Assembly (NCBI GenBank): GCA_047602405.1
Contig: JASGHJ010000002.1
Coordinates: 1 to 64,000, forward strand
Reading direction: 5' to 3'
Length of the DNA: 64,000 nucleotides
DNA from: Anaeromyxobacteraceae bacterium
GTDB lineage: Bacteria; Myxococcota; Myxococcia; Myxococcales; Anaeromyxobacteraceae
This document shows positions 51,022 through 60,589 of the stretch, in pieces. A program made the translations under genes and the position numbers. Every line of letters begins with the position of its first letter. Within the stretch, counting starts at the first letter, position 1. Below the pieces are notes generated by a model that searched no databases, was not told where the DNA came from, and saw only the letters and a list, made by a program, of their open reading frames with translations.

Positions 51022-52026
51022 ATGTCGAAGCCCCTCACCCTCGCGATCGCCGGCGCCACCGGCGAGGTCGGCAAGGCCGCGCTCGAGGCGCTCGACGCCC
51101 TCGAGCTTCCGCTCGCCGGGGTGCGCCTCCTCGCGTCGCCCCGCTCGGCCGGCCAGGAGCTCGAGGTCGGCGGCGAGCCCGTGAAGGTGGTCGCCCTCTC
51201 GGAGGGCGCGCTGCGCGGCTGCGACGTCGTCGTCCTGTGCACGCCCGCGGAGGTCTCGAGGGCCTGGGCCCCGAAGGCCCGCGCCGCCGGCTGCGCGGTC
51301 GTCGACGTCTCCCCGGCCTACCGCGCCGACGCGGCGGTGCCGCTCGTGGTCCCGGCCGTGAACGGCGCGTCGCTCGCGTCGCTCGCCCGGCCCGCGATGG
51401 TCGCGACCCCGTCGCCGCTCGCGACCGCGCTCGCCCTCGTGCTCGCGCCGCTCGGCAGCGCGGTCCGCGCCGTGGTCGCGACGCACCTCGCGCCAGCGTC
51501 CGGCGAGGGCCGGGCCGGGGTCGCCGAGCTCGAGAAGCAGTCCCGCGACCTCCTCGCGTTGCGCGAGCCGGAGCCCGCCTCCCGCTTCCCGCACCGCCTC
51601 GCCTTCAACGCCGTCCCGCAGGCGGGTGCGCTCGACGCCTCCGGCGCGAGCGAGGCCGAGCGCGGCGCGGAGGCGGAGCTGCGGCGCGTGCTGGGCGCGC
51701 CGGGCCTGCCGGTGCACGCGACGGTCGTGCGCGTGCCGGTCTTCTACGGCGACCTCGTGAGCGTGCACCTCGAGACCGACGGCTCGCTCGACGCGGCCGC
51801 GGTGCGCGAGAGGCTCCGCGCGGCGAAGGGCGTGAAGGTCGTCGACGACCCCGCGACGTCGGTCTACCCGATGCCGATGCTCGCCTCGCAGGAGGACGCG
51901 GTGCTCGTGGGCCGCGTGCGCGCCTCGGGCCCCGGGTCGATCGACCTCGTCGCGGTGCTCGAGGGCCCGCGCCGCGGCGCCGCGACGACCGCGCTCGAGC
52001 TCGCGCGCCGACTCGCGGCGGACTGA
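51022..52026 (+). CDS. Aspartate-semialdehyde dehydrogenase-like (Usg-type) protein
   Basis: AIAGATGEVG; PLVVPAVN; LAFNAVPQ; VRVPVFYG; catalytic Cys and His appear substituted. Confidence 0.85.
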   Translation: MSKPLTLAIAGATGEVGKAALEALDALELPLAGVRLLASPRSAGQELEVGGEPVKVVALSEGALRGCDVVVLCTPAEVSRAWAPKARAAGCAVVDVSPAYRADAAVPLVVPAVNGASLASLARPAMVATPSPLATALALVLAPLGSAVRAVVATHLAPASGEGRAGVAELEKQSRDLLALREPEPASRFPHRLAFNAVPQAGALDASGASEAERGAEAELRRVLGAPGLPVHATVVRVPVFYGDLVSVHLETDGSLDAAAVRERLRAAKGVKVVDDPATSVYPMPMLASQEDAVLVGRVRASGPGSIDLVAVLEGPRRGAATTALELARRLAAD

Positions 52027-52059
52027 CCGCCGGCGGCCGTGGGACACCCGCCGTCCGGC

Positions 52060-52193
52060 TGCCAAAGTGGCAACCGGGCGGGCTCCCCGTGCCAATCTGG
52101 CAGGGCGCCCGCTCCGCGCGGTCGGTCCAAGCGCCCGGGATGCCTGGGCCGGGCCGGGGCAGGGAACCTTGCCGCGCTGGCGTTCCGATTGCA
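52060..52193 (+). promoter_or_regulatory. Sigma-54 promoter with two upstream palindromic sites
   Basis: TGGCGTTCCGATTGCA (52178-52193); TGCCA-N3-TGGCA at 52060-52072 and 52090-52102. Confidence 0.6.
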
Positions 52194-52206
52194 CAATCGC
52201 GCCGCC

Positions 52207-53160
52207 ATGAGACTCACCTTCCTGCTCGCCGCCGCCGCCCTGGCCCTGCCCGCCGCGACCCTCGCGGACGTGCCCTCCCAGGCTGGCCAGCTGGTCCCCG
52301 GGACCAGCGAGGACCAGTACTTCAACGCGGACGAGTGCAAGGGGACCGGCGACGTGAAGGTCTCCTGGTCGCTCGCGGGGGCGGTCCTGCAGTCCGGAGT
52401 CGTTCGCGTGTACGCCTCCAACACGCAGCCGGTGCAGGCGACGGGCGCCGCCTTCGCGACGTGCGAGATCCAGGACAAGGCCGCCACGAGCCCCATCTAC
52501 GCCGGGCAGATCGACCCCCCGGGCGATCTCATCGCGGACGCGACGTTCGTGAACCGCCAGGACCAGACGCTCAACATCGGCAAGATCATGGCGGCCGCCA
52601 CCACGGGCGACGCGGCGACCTACTGTGCGGCCTCGACCACCACCGTCTACGTCTGCGCGCACTTCTACCCCTACCTCACCGGCACCACGACCCCGGCGAG
52701 CTCGCCGTCCGCCGCGGCCTGGGGCTCGTTCATCCTCAACACCGCGAAGCCCTCGGCGCCGAAGGACCTGACGCTCAAGGTCGGCGACACCCGGCTCTAC
52801 GCGAGCTGGAACGCCGGGTCCGGCGGGGCCGCCGTGAACGACTACCAGGTGATCGCGACGAAGGCCGGCGACACGTCCCCCACGCGCACGAAGACCTGCG
52901 CCGTCACGAACTGCAAGGTGGACGGCCTCACGAACGACGTCGAGTACGCGATCGTCGTGAAGGCGCGGTCCGTCTCGGGGACGCTCTCGGACGCGTCGAG
53001 CTCCCAGAGCGCGATCCCGCGCCACGTGAAGGACTTCTGGGAGGTCTACGACGAGCAGGGCGGGCCGGAGACCGGAGGTTGCGGCGGCCCCGCGGGCCCG
53101 CTCGCGCTCGCGGGCGTCGCCGCCCTGCTCGTGGTCGGCCGCCCGGGGAGGCGGTCGTGA
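52207..53160 (+). CDS. Exported fibronectin type III protein with MYXO-CTERM-like tail (MXAN_2561-like)
   Basis: Signal peptide; FN3 motif (GLTNDVEY); DFWEVY...GGC then a hydrophobic helix and basic tail. Confidence 0.75.
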   Translation: MRLTFLLAAAALALPAATLADVPSQAGQLVPGTSEDQYFNADECKGTGDVKVSWSLAGAVLQSGVVRVYASNTQPVQATGAAFATCEIQDKAATSPIYAGQIDPPGDLIADATFVNRQDQTLNIGKIMAAATTGDAATYCAASTTTVYVCAHFYPYLTGTTTPASSPSAAAWGSFILNTAKPSAPKDLTLKVGDTRLYASWNAGSGGAAVNDYQVIATKAGDTSPTRTKTCAVTNCKVDGLTNDVEYAIVVKARSVSGTLSDASSSQSAIPRHVKDFWEVYDEQGGPETGGCGGPAGPLALAGVAALLVVGRPGRRS

Positions 53161-53855
53161 AGCGCGCCCTCCTCGCCGCGCTCGCGGTCCTGGCCCTCGC
53201 CCCCACCCTGGCCCGCGCGGACTCCCCGCGCTGGGGCTCGTTCGAGTTCGGGATGGGGCCCTACCGGCCGGACCTCGACGCCGCGCTGGCGCCGTCGAGC
53301 AACGACCCCGCCTACCAGCTCGTGTTCGGCTCGACGCGCCGGTACGCGTTCCGCACCGGCGTGTCCTACGCGCTCCTGCAGCGCGCCGGCACGCTCGAGG
53401 TCGGGCTGCGCAGCGGCTGGTTCCGCGCCAGCGCGAAGGGCATCGTGGCCACCACGGGCGCGCGGTCGGGAGACCCGACGACGTTCAACGTCGTCCCGAC
53501 CTCGCTCACGCTCACCTGGCGCGCCGACTTCATCCCGGAGCACCTGCCCATCCCGCTCGCGCCCTACGTGCGCGTCGCGGCCGAGCGCTACAACTGGTGG
53601 ATCACGAACGGCGCGGGGAACATGGCGAAGAAGGGCGCCACCAACGGCTGGTCGGCGACCGCCGGCCTCGCGTTCTCGCTCAACGTCATCGACCCCACGC
53701 TCGCGCGCGAGATGGACACCGACTCGGGCGTGAACACGACCTACCTGTACTTCGACGTGACGAAGGCGAAGATCGACGACCTCGGCTCGAAGACGAGCTG
53801 GGATCTCTCGCCCGCCTCGCTCATGTGGTCGGCGGGCGTGCTGCTTTCGTTCTAG
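53157..53855 (+). CDS. Outer-membrane beta-barrel protein (MXAN_2562-like)
   Basis: Signal peptide; SPRWGSFEFGMGPYRP; terminal Phe; GTGA overlap. Confidence 0.75.
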   Translation: MKRALLAALAVLALAPTLARADSPRWGSFEFGMGPYRPDLDAALAPSSNDPAYQLVFGSTRRYAFRTGVSYALLQRAGTLEVGLRSGWFRASAKGIVATTGARSGDPTTFNVVPTSLTLTWRADFIPEHLPIPLAPYVRVAAERYNWWITNGAGNMAKKGATNGWSATAGLAFSLNVIDPTLAREMDTDSGVNTTYLYFDVTKAKIDDLGSKTSWDLSPASLMWSAGVLLSF

Positions 53856-54718
53856 TCCGGCGGCTCGTCCAGGGCGGGCGCGGGGGACGCCTCCGTCCCG
53901 CCGCCGCCCAGCCGGCGGTGGCCGAGCGACGGCAGCTCGAGCCGCGAGCGCTCGAGCCGCGCCCGGCGGAACGGCGCGACCGCGACGCCCTCGCCGTCCG
54001 GGCAGCGCGCGAGCACCGTGCCCCACGGGTCCACGATCATCGCGTTCCCGAAGGTGAAGCGGTTGCCGTGGTGCTGGCCCACCTGGGCGGGGGCGAGCAC
54101 GTACGCGAGGTTCTCGATCGCCCGGGCGCGGAGCAGGACCTCCCAGTGATCCTTGCCGGTGTAGAGCGTGAAGGCGGCGGGCACGGTGAGCACGTCGGCG
54201 CCCAGCGACGACAGCTCGCGGTACAGCTCCGGGAAGCGCACGTCGTAGCAGACCGACAGCCCGATCGCGCCGAGCTCGGTGCGGGCCACCACCACCTCGT
54301 CGCCGGGCACCACCGTGGAGGACTCCGCGTACTTCGCGCCGTCCGGCACGTTCACGTCGAAGAGGTGGATCTTGCGGTAGCTCGCGACGATTGACCCGTC
54401 GTCGCCGATGAGGGCGCTCGTGTTGGCGGTCTTGCCCGCGACGTCGGTCGCCTCGGCGATCGAGCCCGCCACGACGAACACGCCGCGCCGCCGCGCCACC
54501 TCGCGCAGCGCCGAGAGGGTGGGCCCCTCGAGCGTCTCGGCGTTCTCGATGCGGTCGTGCTCCGGCCCCATGAACGAGAAGTTCTCGGGGAGCCCCACGA
54601 GCTTCGCGCCGAGGTCCGCAGCCTCCTCGACGTAGCCGATGGCCGCGTCGAGGTTGCGCTCGCGGTCCGCGGTGGAGTTCATCTGGACCACGCCCATCAG
54701 GTAGGTGTCGATGGCCAT
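53852..54718 (-). CDS. Carbon-nitrogen hydrolase (Nit1-like)
   Basis: LPE, YRKIHLFD, SVCYDVRFPE triad motifs; RARAIEN. Confidence 0.93.
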   Translation of the reverse strand: MAIDTYLMGVVQMNSTADRERNLDAAIGYVEEAADLGAKLVGLPENFSFMGPEHDRIENAETLEGPTLSALREVARRRGVFVVAGSIAEATDVAGKTANTSALIGDDGSIVASYRKIHLFDVNVPDGAKYAESSTVVPGDEVVVARTELGAIGLSVCYDVRFPELYRELSSLGADVLTVPAAFTLYTGKDHWEVLLRARAIENLAYVLAPAQVGQHHGNRFTFGNAMIVDPWGTVLARCPDGEGVAVAPFRRARLERSRLELPSLGHRRLGGGGTEASPAPALDEPPD

Positions 54719-54794
54719 GTGAGACCCCGTGTGTCCTCTCGCCGGTGAAGGATTCCCGATCGACGGCGCGTCGTCTACACTCCCGGACGTCCAG

Positions 54795-55392
54795 ATGAGC
54801 CTCTACTACACGACCTTCGAGGCGGCCCAGGTCCTCGGCGTTTCCCTGCCCACCGTCGTCAACTGGATCAAGGCGCGCCGGATCAAGGCGCACCGCACCC
54901 CGGGCGGGCACCGTCGCATCGCGCGGGAGGACCTCGCCGGGTTCATGCTGCGGCAGGGCATCCCGCTGCCCGCCGAACTGTCGGACGCCGTCCCCGCCCG
55001 CCGCAAGGTCCTCGTCATCGCCGAGGGCGGGCCGGCCCGGGAGGGGACCACCCGCCAGCTCGCCCAGGCCGGCTTCGCGGTCGAGCAGGTGTCGCCCGGC
55101 TTCGCCGCCGGGGCCGCCGCGGCGCGCTTCGGCCCGGAGGCCATCGTCCTGCACGCCGGGTCACAGGACGGCGGGGACACGCTCCGCGGGTTGAAGAGTC
55201 GACCGCGAGCTCGCGGCCGTACCCGTGGTCGCGCTGGGGCCCGAGGCGTGGGCGGACGGCCTGCGCGCGGCCGGTGCCCGCCACCTCCCGGTGCCGCCCG
55301 CGCCGGGCGCCCTCGCAGAGGCGATTGACGCCGCGCTCGGAGCCCGCAAGACCGACGCGAAGAAGCCGCGCGGCCGGCGCTCCGGCGCCTGA
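54795..55392 (+). CDS. Excisionase/MerR-type HTH plus degenerate receiver domain, apparent +1 frameshift at ~55200
   Basis: YTTFEAAQVLGVSLPTVVNW...RTPGGHRRI; shifted frame continues DRELAAVPVVAL... Confidence 0.75.
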
Positions 55393-55401
55393 GCGACGTC
55401 G

Positions 55402-57261
55402 ATGCACGCCGCCCTGCTCCTCGCCGCGGCGCTCGCCTCGGCCCCGGCGGCCGCGGCCCCGCGGGCGATCGCCCACTACCTCGAGGCCCGCCGCCTGCTG
55501 CGCGGGGGCGATCCCGAGCGCGCCGCCGCCGAGCTGCGCCAGGCCATCGCGTTCGACGAGCGGAGCCCGGAGCTGCGGGTGACCCTCGCGCGGACGCAGC
55601 TCGAGCTCGGGCGGCTCGACGGCGCCGCCGAGGCCGCGCGCGCCGCGCTCGAGCTGGGGGCGGCCGGCGCGACCGCGGTGGAGGCGCAGGTGCTCGTCGC
55701 GCGCGTGCACCTCGCCCGCCGGGAGGCCGACGGCGCCATCGACGCCCTCGGCCGCGCCATCGCGCTCGCCGGCGCCGCGCCCGAGCCGCCCGCGGAGCCC
55801 TGGCGGCTCCTCGCCGACGTGCACGCCGGCGCCGGGCGGACCGAGGCCGCGGAGCGCGTGCTCGAGGATCTCGCCCGGGCGCAGCCCGCCGACGCGGCCG
55901 CCGGCTACCGCGATCTCGGGCGCCGCGGCCTCGACGACGACGACCCCTCCGCCGCCGAGCGCCACCTGCGCCGCGCGACCGTCCTCGACCCGGGCGACGT
56001 CGAGGCCTTCCGCCTGCTCGGCGCCGCCCGCGAGGCGCTCCGCCGCCCGCGCGAGGCGCGCGAGGCGCACCTGGCGGCGTTGCGGCTCGATCCCGACGAC
56101 CCGGGCACGCTCATGTCGCTCGGCCGCCTCTCGCTCGCGGAGGGGGAGCCGGAGGCCGCACGCGAGTGGTTCCGGCGGCTCGTCCGGATCGCGCCCGACC
56201 AGGCCGACGCGCACGTCCGCGTGGCCTTCGCCTGGCTGGGCGACGAGCGGGCTGCCGAGGCCCTCCACGCGGCCCGGGGCGGGCTCGCGGAGGCCGGGCC
56301 CGACCCGCGCCTGCGCCTCGCCGAGGGGCTCGCGCTGCGGGCGCTCCGGCGCTTCCTCGAGGCCGCGAAGGCCCTCGAGCCGGTGCCCCCGGCGGCGGGC
56401 GAGATTCGGCTGCCCGCGCGCGTCGCGTACGGGGAGTGCCTCTCCCGGGCGGGGCGGCACGCCGAGGCGGAGCGGGCGTTCGTGGAGGCGCTCGCGCTCC
56501 GGCCCGGCGAGCTCCGGCTCGTGACCGCCCGCGCGCGGGCGCTCGTGCGCGCGGGGCGCGCCGCCGAGGCCGTGCCGGCGCTCCGGGCGTCGCTCGACGC
56601 CGCCGACCACCCGGAGCCGGTGGGCCTCCTCGAGGCGTACGCCGACGCGCTCGTGGAGGCGGACCGCGCGCCCGAGGCGCTGGGGCTCCTCCGCCGGGCG
56701 CTCGAGGACCGGCCGCGCGACGTCGAGCTCGCGTACGCCCTCGGCGCCGCGCTCGAGCGCGCGGGCCAGCCGGAGGCGGCGCTCGCGCAGATGCGCGCGC
56801 TGCTCGTGCTCGACCCGGGCCACGCCGAGGCCCTGAACTTCTCCGCCTACGTGCTCTCGAACCTCTCGACCGGCGCGCCCGACGCGCGGCGGGCCCGGCT
56901 CGAGGAGGCGGAGGTCCAGGCGCGCCGCGCGCTCGCGCTCGCGCCCCGCGCCGGCCACGTGCACGACACGCTGGGCTGGGTGCTGCACCGGCGCGGCGAC
57001 GACGCGGGCGCGGAGCGCGCGCTCTCGACGGCGCTCGAGCTCGCGGGCCCGGACCCGACCGTGCTCGAGCACCTCGCCGACGTGCAGCGCGCGCTCGGGC
57101 GCACCGCGGACGCGATCGCCTCGCTGCGCCGGGCCCTCGGCGAGCACGGCGACGACGCCCCCCGCGAGGAGGCGCGGCGAAAGGCCTCCGTGGAGCGCAA
57201 GCTCCGCGAGCTCGGCGCCCGGTCCGCCCGCGGCCGTGTCCGGCCGGACGACGTTCCTTGA
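55402..57261 (+). CDS. Exported TPR-repeat protein
   Basis: Signal peptide; many TPRs; AEALNFSAY and HDTLGWV. Confidence 0.85.
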   Translation: MHAALLLAAALASAPAAAAPRAIAHYLEARRLLRGGDPERAAAELRQAIAFDERSPELRVTLARTQLELGRLDGAAEAARAALELGAAGATAVEAQVLVARVHLARREADGAIDALGRAIALAGAAPEPPAEPWRLLADVHAGAGRTEAAERVLEDLARAQPADAAAGYRDLGRRGLDDDDPSAAERHLRRATVLDPGDVEAFRLLGAAREALRRPREAREAHLAALRLDPDDPGTLMSLGRLSLAEGEPEAAREWFRRLVRIAPDQADAHVRVAFAWLGDERAAEALHAARGGLAEAGPDPRLRLAEGLALRALRRFLEAAKALEPVPPAAGEIRLPARVAYGECLSRAGRHAEAERAFVEALALRPGELRLVTARARALVRAGRAAEAVPALRASLDAADHPEPVGLLEAYADALVEADRAPEALGLLRRALEDRPRDVELAYALGAALERAGQPEAALAQMRALLVLDPGHAEALNFSAYVLSNLSTGAPDARRARLEEAEVQARRALALAPRAGHVHDTLGWVLHRRGDDAGAERALSTALELAGPDPTVLEHLADVQRALGRTADAIASLRRALGEHGDDAPREEARRKASVERKLRELGARSARGRVRPDDVP

Positions 57262-57294
57262 CACGCAGCGCGAGCGGTCGTTAGCGTCCGCGCC

Positions 57295-58161
57295 ATGCCG
57301 GTCCCCCCGTTCCCGACCGAGTCGGAAGCCCGCCACGAGGAAGGGTTCATCAACTCCGCCGATCACCTGCGCCTGTACTGGCAGCGCTACACGCCGCCGG
57401 CCCCGCGCGCGACGGTGCTCGTCCTGCACGGGGGAGGCGACCACTCCGGCCGCTACCCGGGCATCACGACCGCGCTCGTCCGCGCCGGCTTCGAGGCCGC
57501 GCTCGTCGACTTCCGCGGTCACGGCCAGTCCGACGGCCGCCGCTGGCACGTGGACGGGTTCGGCGACTACCTCGCCGACCTCGACGCGTTCGTGGCGAAG
57601 GTCCGGGGCGACGGCGCGAAGGGGAAGCTCTTCGCGGTGGCGCACAGCCAGGGTGCGCTCGTGACGGCGCTGTGGGCGCTCGGCCACCCCGGCGCGCTCG
57701 ACGGGTACGTCCTCTCCTCACCCTACTTCCGGCTGGCCCTGAAGCCGCCGGTGGCGAAGGTGATCGGGGCCAAGATCGCGGGCCGCGTCGTGCCCTGGAT
57801 GCCGGTCAAGACCGGCCTCGACGTGAAGGACCTCACGGCCGACGAGGACCTGCAGCGCTGGACCGACCGGGATCCGCTCTACGGGCGCGCCACGACGCCG
57901 CGGTGGTTCGACGAGTCCAACCGGGCCCAGGTCGAGGTGCTGCGGCGCGCGGGGGAGTTCCAGGCGCCGCTGCTCGTGCTGGCGGCCGGGGCCGACCGGA
58001 TCGCGGACGCCTCCGCGGCGAGGACCTTCGTCGACGCGGCCCGGTCGCTGGACAAGCGCTTCGAGGTCTACGACGGGTTCCGTCACGAGATCTTCAACGA
58101 GCGGGAACGGGACCGGCCGATCGCCGAGGCGGTCGCCTGGCTCGCAGCCCACGTACCGTGA
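57295..58161 (+). CDS. Alpha/beta hydrolase (lysophospholipase family)
   Basis: DFRGHGQS; AHSQG; D (ADRIA); HEIFNE. Confidence 0.92.
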   Translation: MPVPPFPTESEARHEEGFINSADHLRLYWQRYTPPAPRATVLVLHGGGDHSGRYPGITTALVRAGFEAALVDFRGHGQSDGRRWHVDGFGDYLADLDAFVAKVRGDGAKGKLFAVAHSQGALVTALWALGHPGALDGYVLSSPYFRLALKPPVAKVIGAKIAGRVVPWMPVKTGLDVKDLTADEDLQRWTDRDPLYGRATTPRWFDESNRAQVEVLRRAGEFQAPLLVLAAGADRIADASAARTFVDAARSLDKRFEVYDGFRHEIFNERERDRPIAEAVAWLAAHVP

Positions 58162-58278
58162 ACCGGACTGACCGCAAGGTTGACGCCTACCTGACGGGCC
58201 TTCTATCCTGCGGACCGTCTCTTCACCCCGCCGACGTACCACTGCGCTCGAGGGCGTGAAGCTCCCCTGGAGGAAGTA

Positions 58279-58647
58279 ATGGCTGGCATCGAGAAGGTTC
58301 CCACGCCGCGCAGCGGCGCCCAGACGGTCATCGGCTCGACGATCGTGATCGACGGGGAGATCTCGGGCGACGAGGACCTGGTCATCCAGGGCACCGTCAA
58401 GGGCCGCATCGGCCTGCGCGAGGGGCTCTACGTCGAGTCCTCGGGCGTCATCGAGGCCGACATCGAGACGGCCACCGTCGAGGTCAACGGGCAGGTGACG
58501 GGGAACATCGCCGCGAGCGACAAGGTCGAGCTGAAGGCGGACTGCAAGGTCGTCGGCGACATCCGCGCGCCGCGCATCCTCATCGCCGACGGCGCGCAGT
58601 TCAAGGGCAACGTCGACATGGACGTCAAGGAAGGCAAGGGGAAGTAA
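58279..58647 (+). CDS. Bactofilin (BacN/BacO-like)
   Basis: TVIGSTIVIDGEISGDEDLVIQGTVKG beta-helix repeats. Confidence 0.92.
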   Translation: MAGIEKVPTPRSGAQTVIGSTIVIDGEISGDEDLVIQGTVKGRIGLREGLYVESSGVIEADIETATVEVNGQVTGNIAASDKVELKADCKVVGDIRAPRILIADGAQFKGNVDMDVKEGKGK

Positions 58648-58650
58648 ACC

Positions 58651-59181
58651 GTGGCCACGATCGACGGCAGCACCATCATCGGCGAGTCCATCCTCATCAG
58701 CGGCTCCCTCAACGGCGACGAGGACCTCACGGTCCGCGGCCGGGTCGAGGGCACGCTGTCCCTCACGAAGACCCTGGTCGTCGAGCCGACCGGCATCGTC
58801 AAGGCGGAGGTGCAGGTCAAGAACTGCATCATCGCCGGCGCGGTGGTCGGCAACGTCACGGCGACGGAGTCGGTCGAGATCACGAAGGACGGGCGGATGG
58901 TCGGCGACATCGCCGCGCCACGCGTGATCATCGTCGACGGCGCGAGCTTCCGCGGCCGCATCGACATGGGCGAGGTCGACGTCGAGGGCGAGCGGCCCGC
59001 GCCGCGCGCCATCTCCCGTCCGTCCGCCCCGGCCCGCCCGGCCATCCGCCCGGCCGCGAAGCCGGCGCCCGTGCCGGAGAAGCGGGCCGAGGAGAAGGTC
59101 GCCGCGCCCAAGCTGACGGCGCCCCCCGCCCCGGTCGCGATGGGGGCGGTGAAGCGCAAGGTCATCGTCAAGCGCAAGTAG
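58651..59181 (+). CDS. Bactofilin with Pro/Lys-rich tail (BacP-like)
   Basis: Bactofilin domain plus disordered C-terminal tail. Confidence 0.9.
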   Translation: MATIDGSTIIGESILISGSLNGDEDLTVRGRVEGTLSLTKTLVVEPTGIVKAEVQVKNCIIAGAVVGNVTATESVEITKDGRMVGDIAAPRVIIVDGASFRGRIDMGEVDVEGERPAPRAISRPSAPARPAIRPAAKPAPVPEKRAEEKVAAPKLTAPPAPVAMGAVKRKVIVKRK

Positions 59182-59219
59182 TCCCGCCGCCCCGTCCCCG
59201 GGGCGTGTAGGATTGCCTG

Positions 59220-60014
59220 GTGGAGCTCGAGCCACGCACCGCGGCGCCCGCCCATGCGACGGGCGCCGTGCTGTTCGTGCCGCTTTCGTCGGTCTCCGAC
59301 GACGGCACGCTCCGCCTGCGCGACGAGGGCGACGTCGCCCCGCTCGCGGCCTCCATCGCCCGGCTCGGCCAGCTCGTGCCGGTCGAGCTGCGGCCGCTGC
59401 CCCAGGGCGACGGCGGGCCGGTCCGCTACCAGATCGTCTCGGGCTTCCGGCGCGTCGCGGCGCTCAAGGTCCTCATGCGCGACCGGGTGCTGGCCCGCAT
59501 CCACGCGCGGCTCGACGACGAGGACGCCTGGGCCATCGCGCTCGCGCACGCGCTCGTGGGCGAGCCGCTCCTCGCGAGCGAGCTCGAGGCCCTGAAGGAC
59601 CGGGTCGCCGCGCTGCCCGCCGCCGTGTGGGCCGCCGAGGCGATCGACGAGGCCGTGCTGCGCGCGCCGGTGGAGCCCGCGCAGCGGGAGCGGTTCCTGG
59701 CGTGGCTCGCCTCCCTCGTCTCCGCTGCCCCGCGGGGCGGGGCAGCTACGCTCGGGATGGGCGGATCCAGGGCCCCGGACGAGGACGAGACGGGCGAGGC
59801 GGCCGAGGTGCAGGCTGGGTCCGAGGGCGAGTCGGTCGAGATGACGCCCGAGGAGCTCGCCGAGGACCTCTCGACGCGCATGTGGGAGCTCAACCAGGAC
59901 CTCGCGCTCGCGGCCGAGCACTGGGGCGACATGTCCCGCGAGGCCCGCCGGCTCGTGCTCGAGCAGGCGCGCTGGGTGGCGGGGCTCGTGAAGCACCTGG
60001 AGGGTGGTCGATGA
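59220..60014 (+). CDS. ParB-like protein (PadC-like)
   Basis: LAASIARLGQLVPV; YQIVSGFRRVAAL; directly after the bactofilins, as in the myxobacterial bacNOP-padC locus. Confidence 0.8.
   Translation: MELEPRTAAPAHATGAVLFVPLSSVSDDGTLRLRDEGDVAPLAASIARLGQLVPVELRPLPQGDGGPVRYQIVSGFRRVAALKVLMRDRVLARIHARLDDEDAWAIALAHALVGEPLLASELEALKDRVAALPAAVWAAEAIDEAVLRAPVEPAQRERFLAWLASLVSAAPRGGAATLGMGGSRAPDEDETGEAAEVQAGSEGESVEMTPEELAEDLSTRMWELNQDLALAAEHWGDMSREARRLVLEQARWVAGLVKHLEGGR
59712..59764 (-). repeat. Family-A REP inside the PadC-like CDS
   Basis: TCCCTCGTCTCCG-[hairpin]-CTACGCTCGGGATGGGCGG. Confidence 0.8.
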
Positions 60015-60589
60015 CGGTGGAAGCGGATCGCGCGCGGCTCCTCGCGCTGCTCAGGACCCTCTCGTACGAGCGTCGCAAGGTCGTCCTCGCCTCGGGCAAG
60101 GAGAGCGACTTCTACATCGACTGCAAGCGCACCGCGCTCACCGCCGAGGGGCACGCGCTCGTCGGCCGGGTGCTGTGGGACCGCGTGAAGCGGCTCTCGC
60201 CCGCCGTGCGCGGCGTGGGCGGGCTGACCCTCGGCGCGGATCCCATCGCGAGCGCGGTCGCCATGGCGAGCTTCCTCGAGCAGGAGGCCCGCGGCGCGGG
60301 CGAGACGGTCGATGCGTTCATCGTGCGCAAGGAGCCGAAGGGCCACGGCACGGGGCAGTGGATCGAGGGCAGGAAGACCATCCCGGACGGCTCGCGCGTC
60401 GTCGTCATCGAGGACGTGGTCACGACCGGCGGCTCGGCGCTGAAGGCCATCGAGCGCTGCCGCGCGGAGGGCATCGTCCCGGTGCACTGCCTCGCGCTCG
60501 TCGACCGCCGCGAGGGCGGCCGCGAGGCGATCGAGGCGTCGGGCGTGACGCTGGACGCGGTGTTCGCCCGCGAGGACTTCGTCTCATGA
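60011..60589 (+). CDS. pyrE: Orotate phosphoribosyltransferase
   Basis: LASGKESDFYIDC; RKEPKGHG; VVIEDVVTTGGS. Confidence 0.96.
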   Translation: MTVEADRARLLALLRTLSYERRKVVLASGKESDFYIDCKRTALTAEGHALVGRVLWDRVKRLSPAVRGVGGLTLGADPIASAVAMASFLEQEARGAGETVDAFIVRKEPKGHGTGQWIEGRKTIPDGSRVVVIEDVVTTGGSALKAIERCRAEGIVPVHCLALVDRREGGREAIEASGVTLDAVFAREDFVS

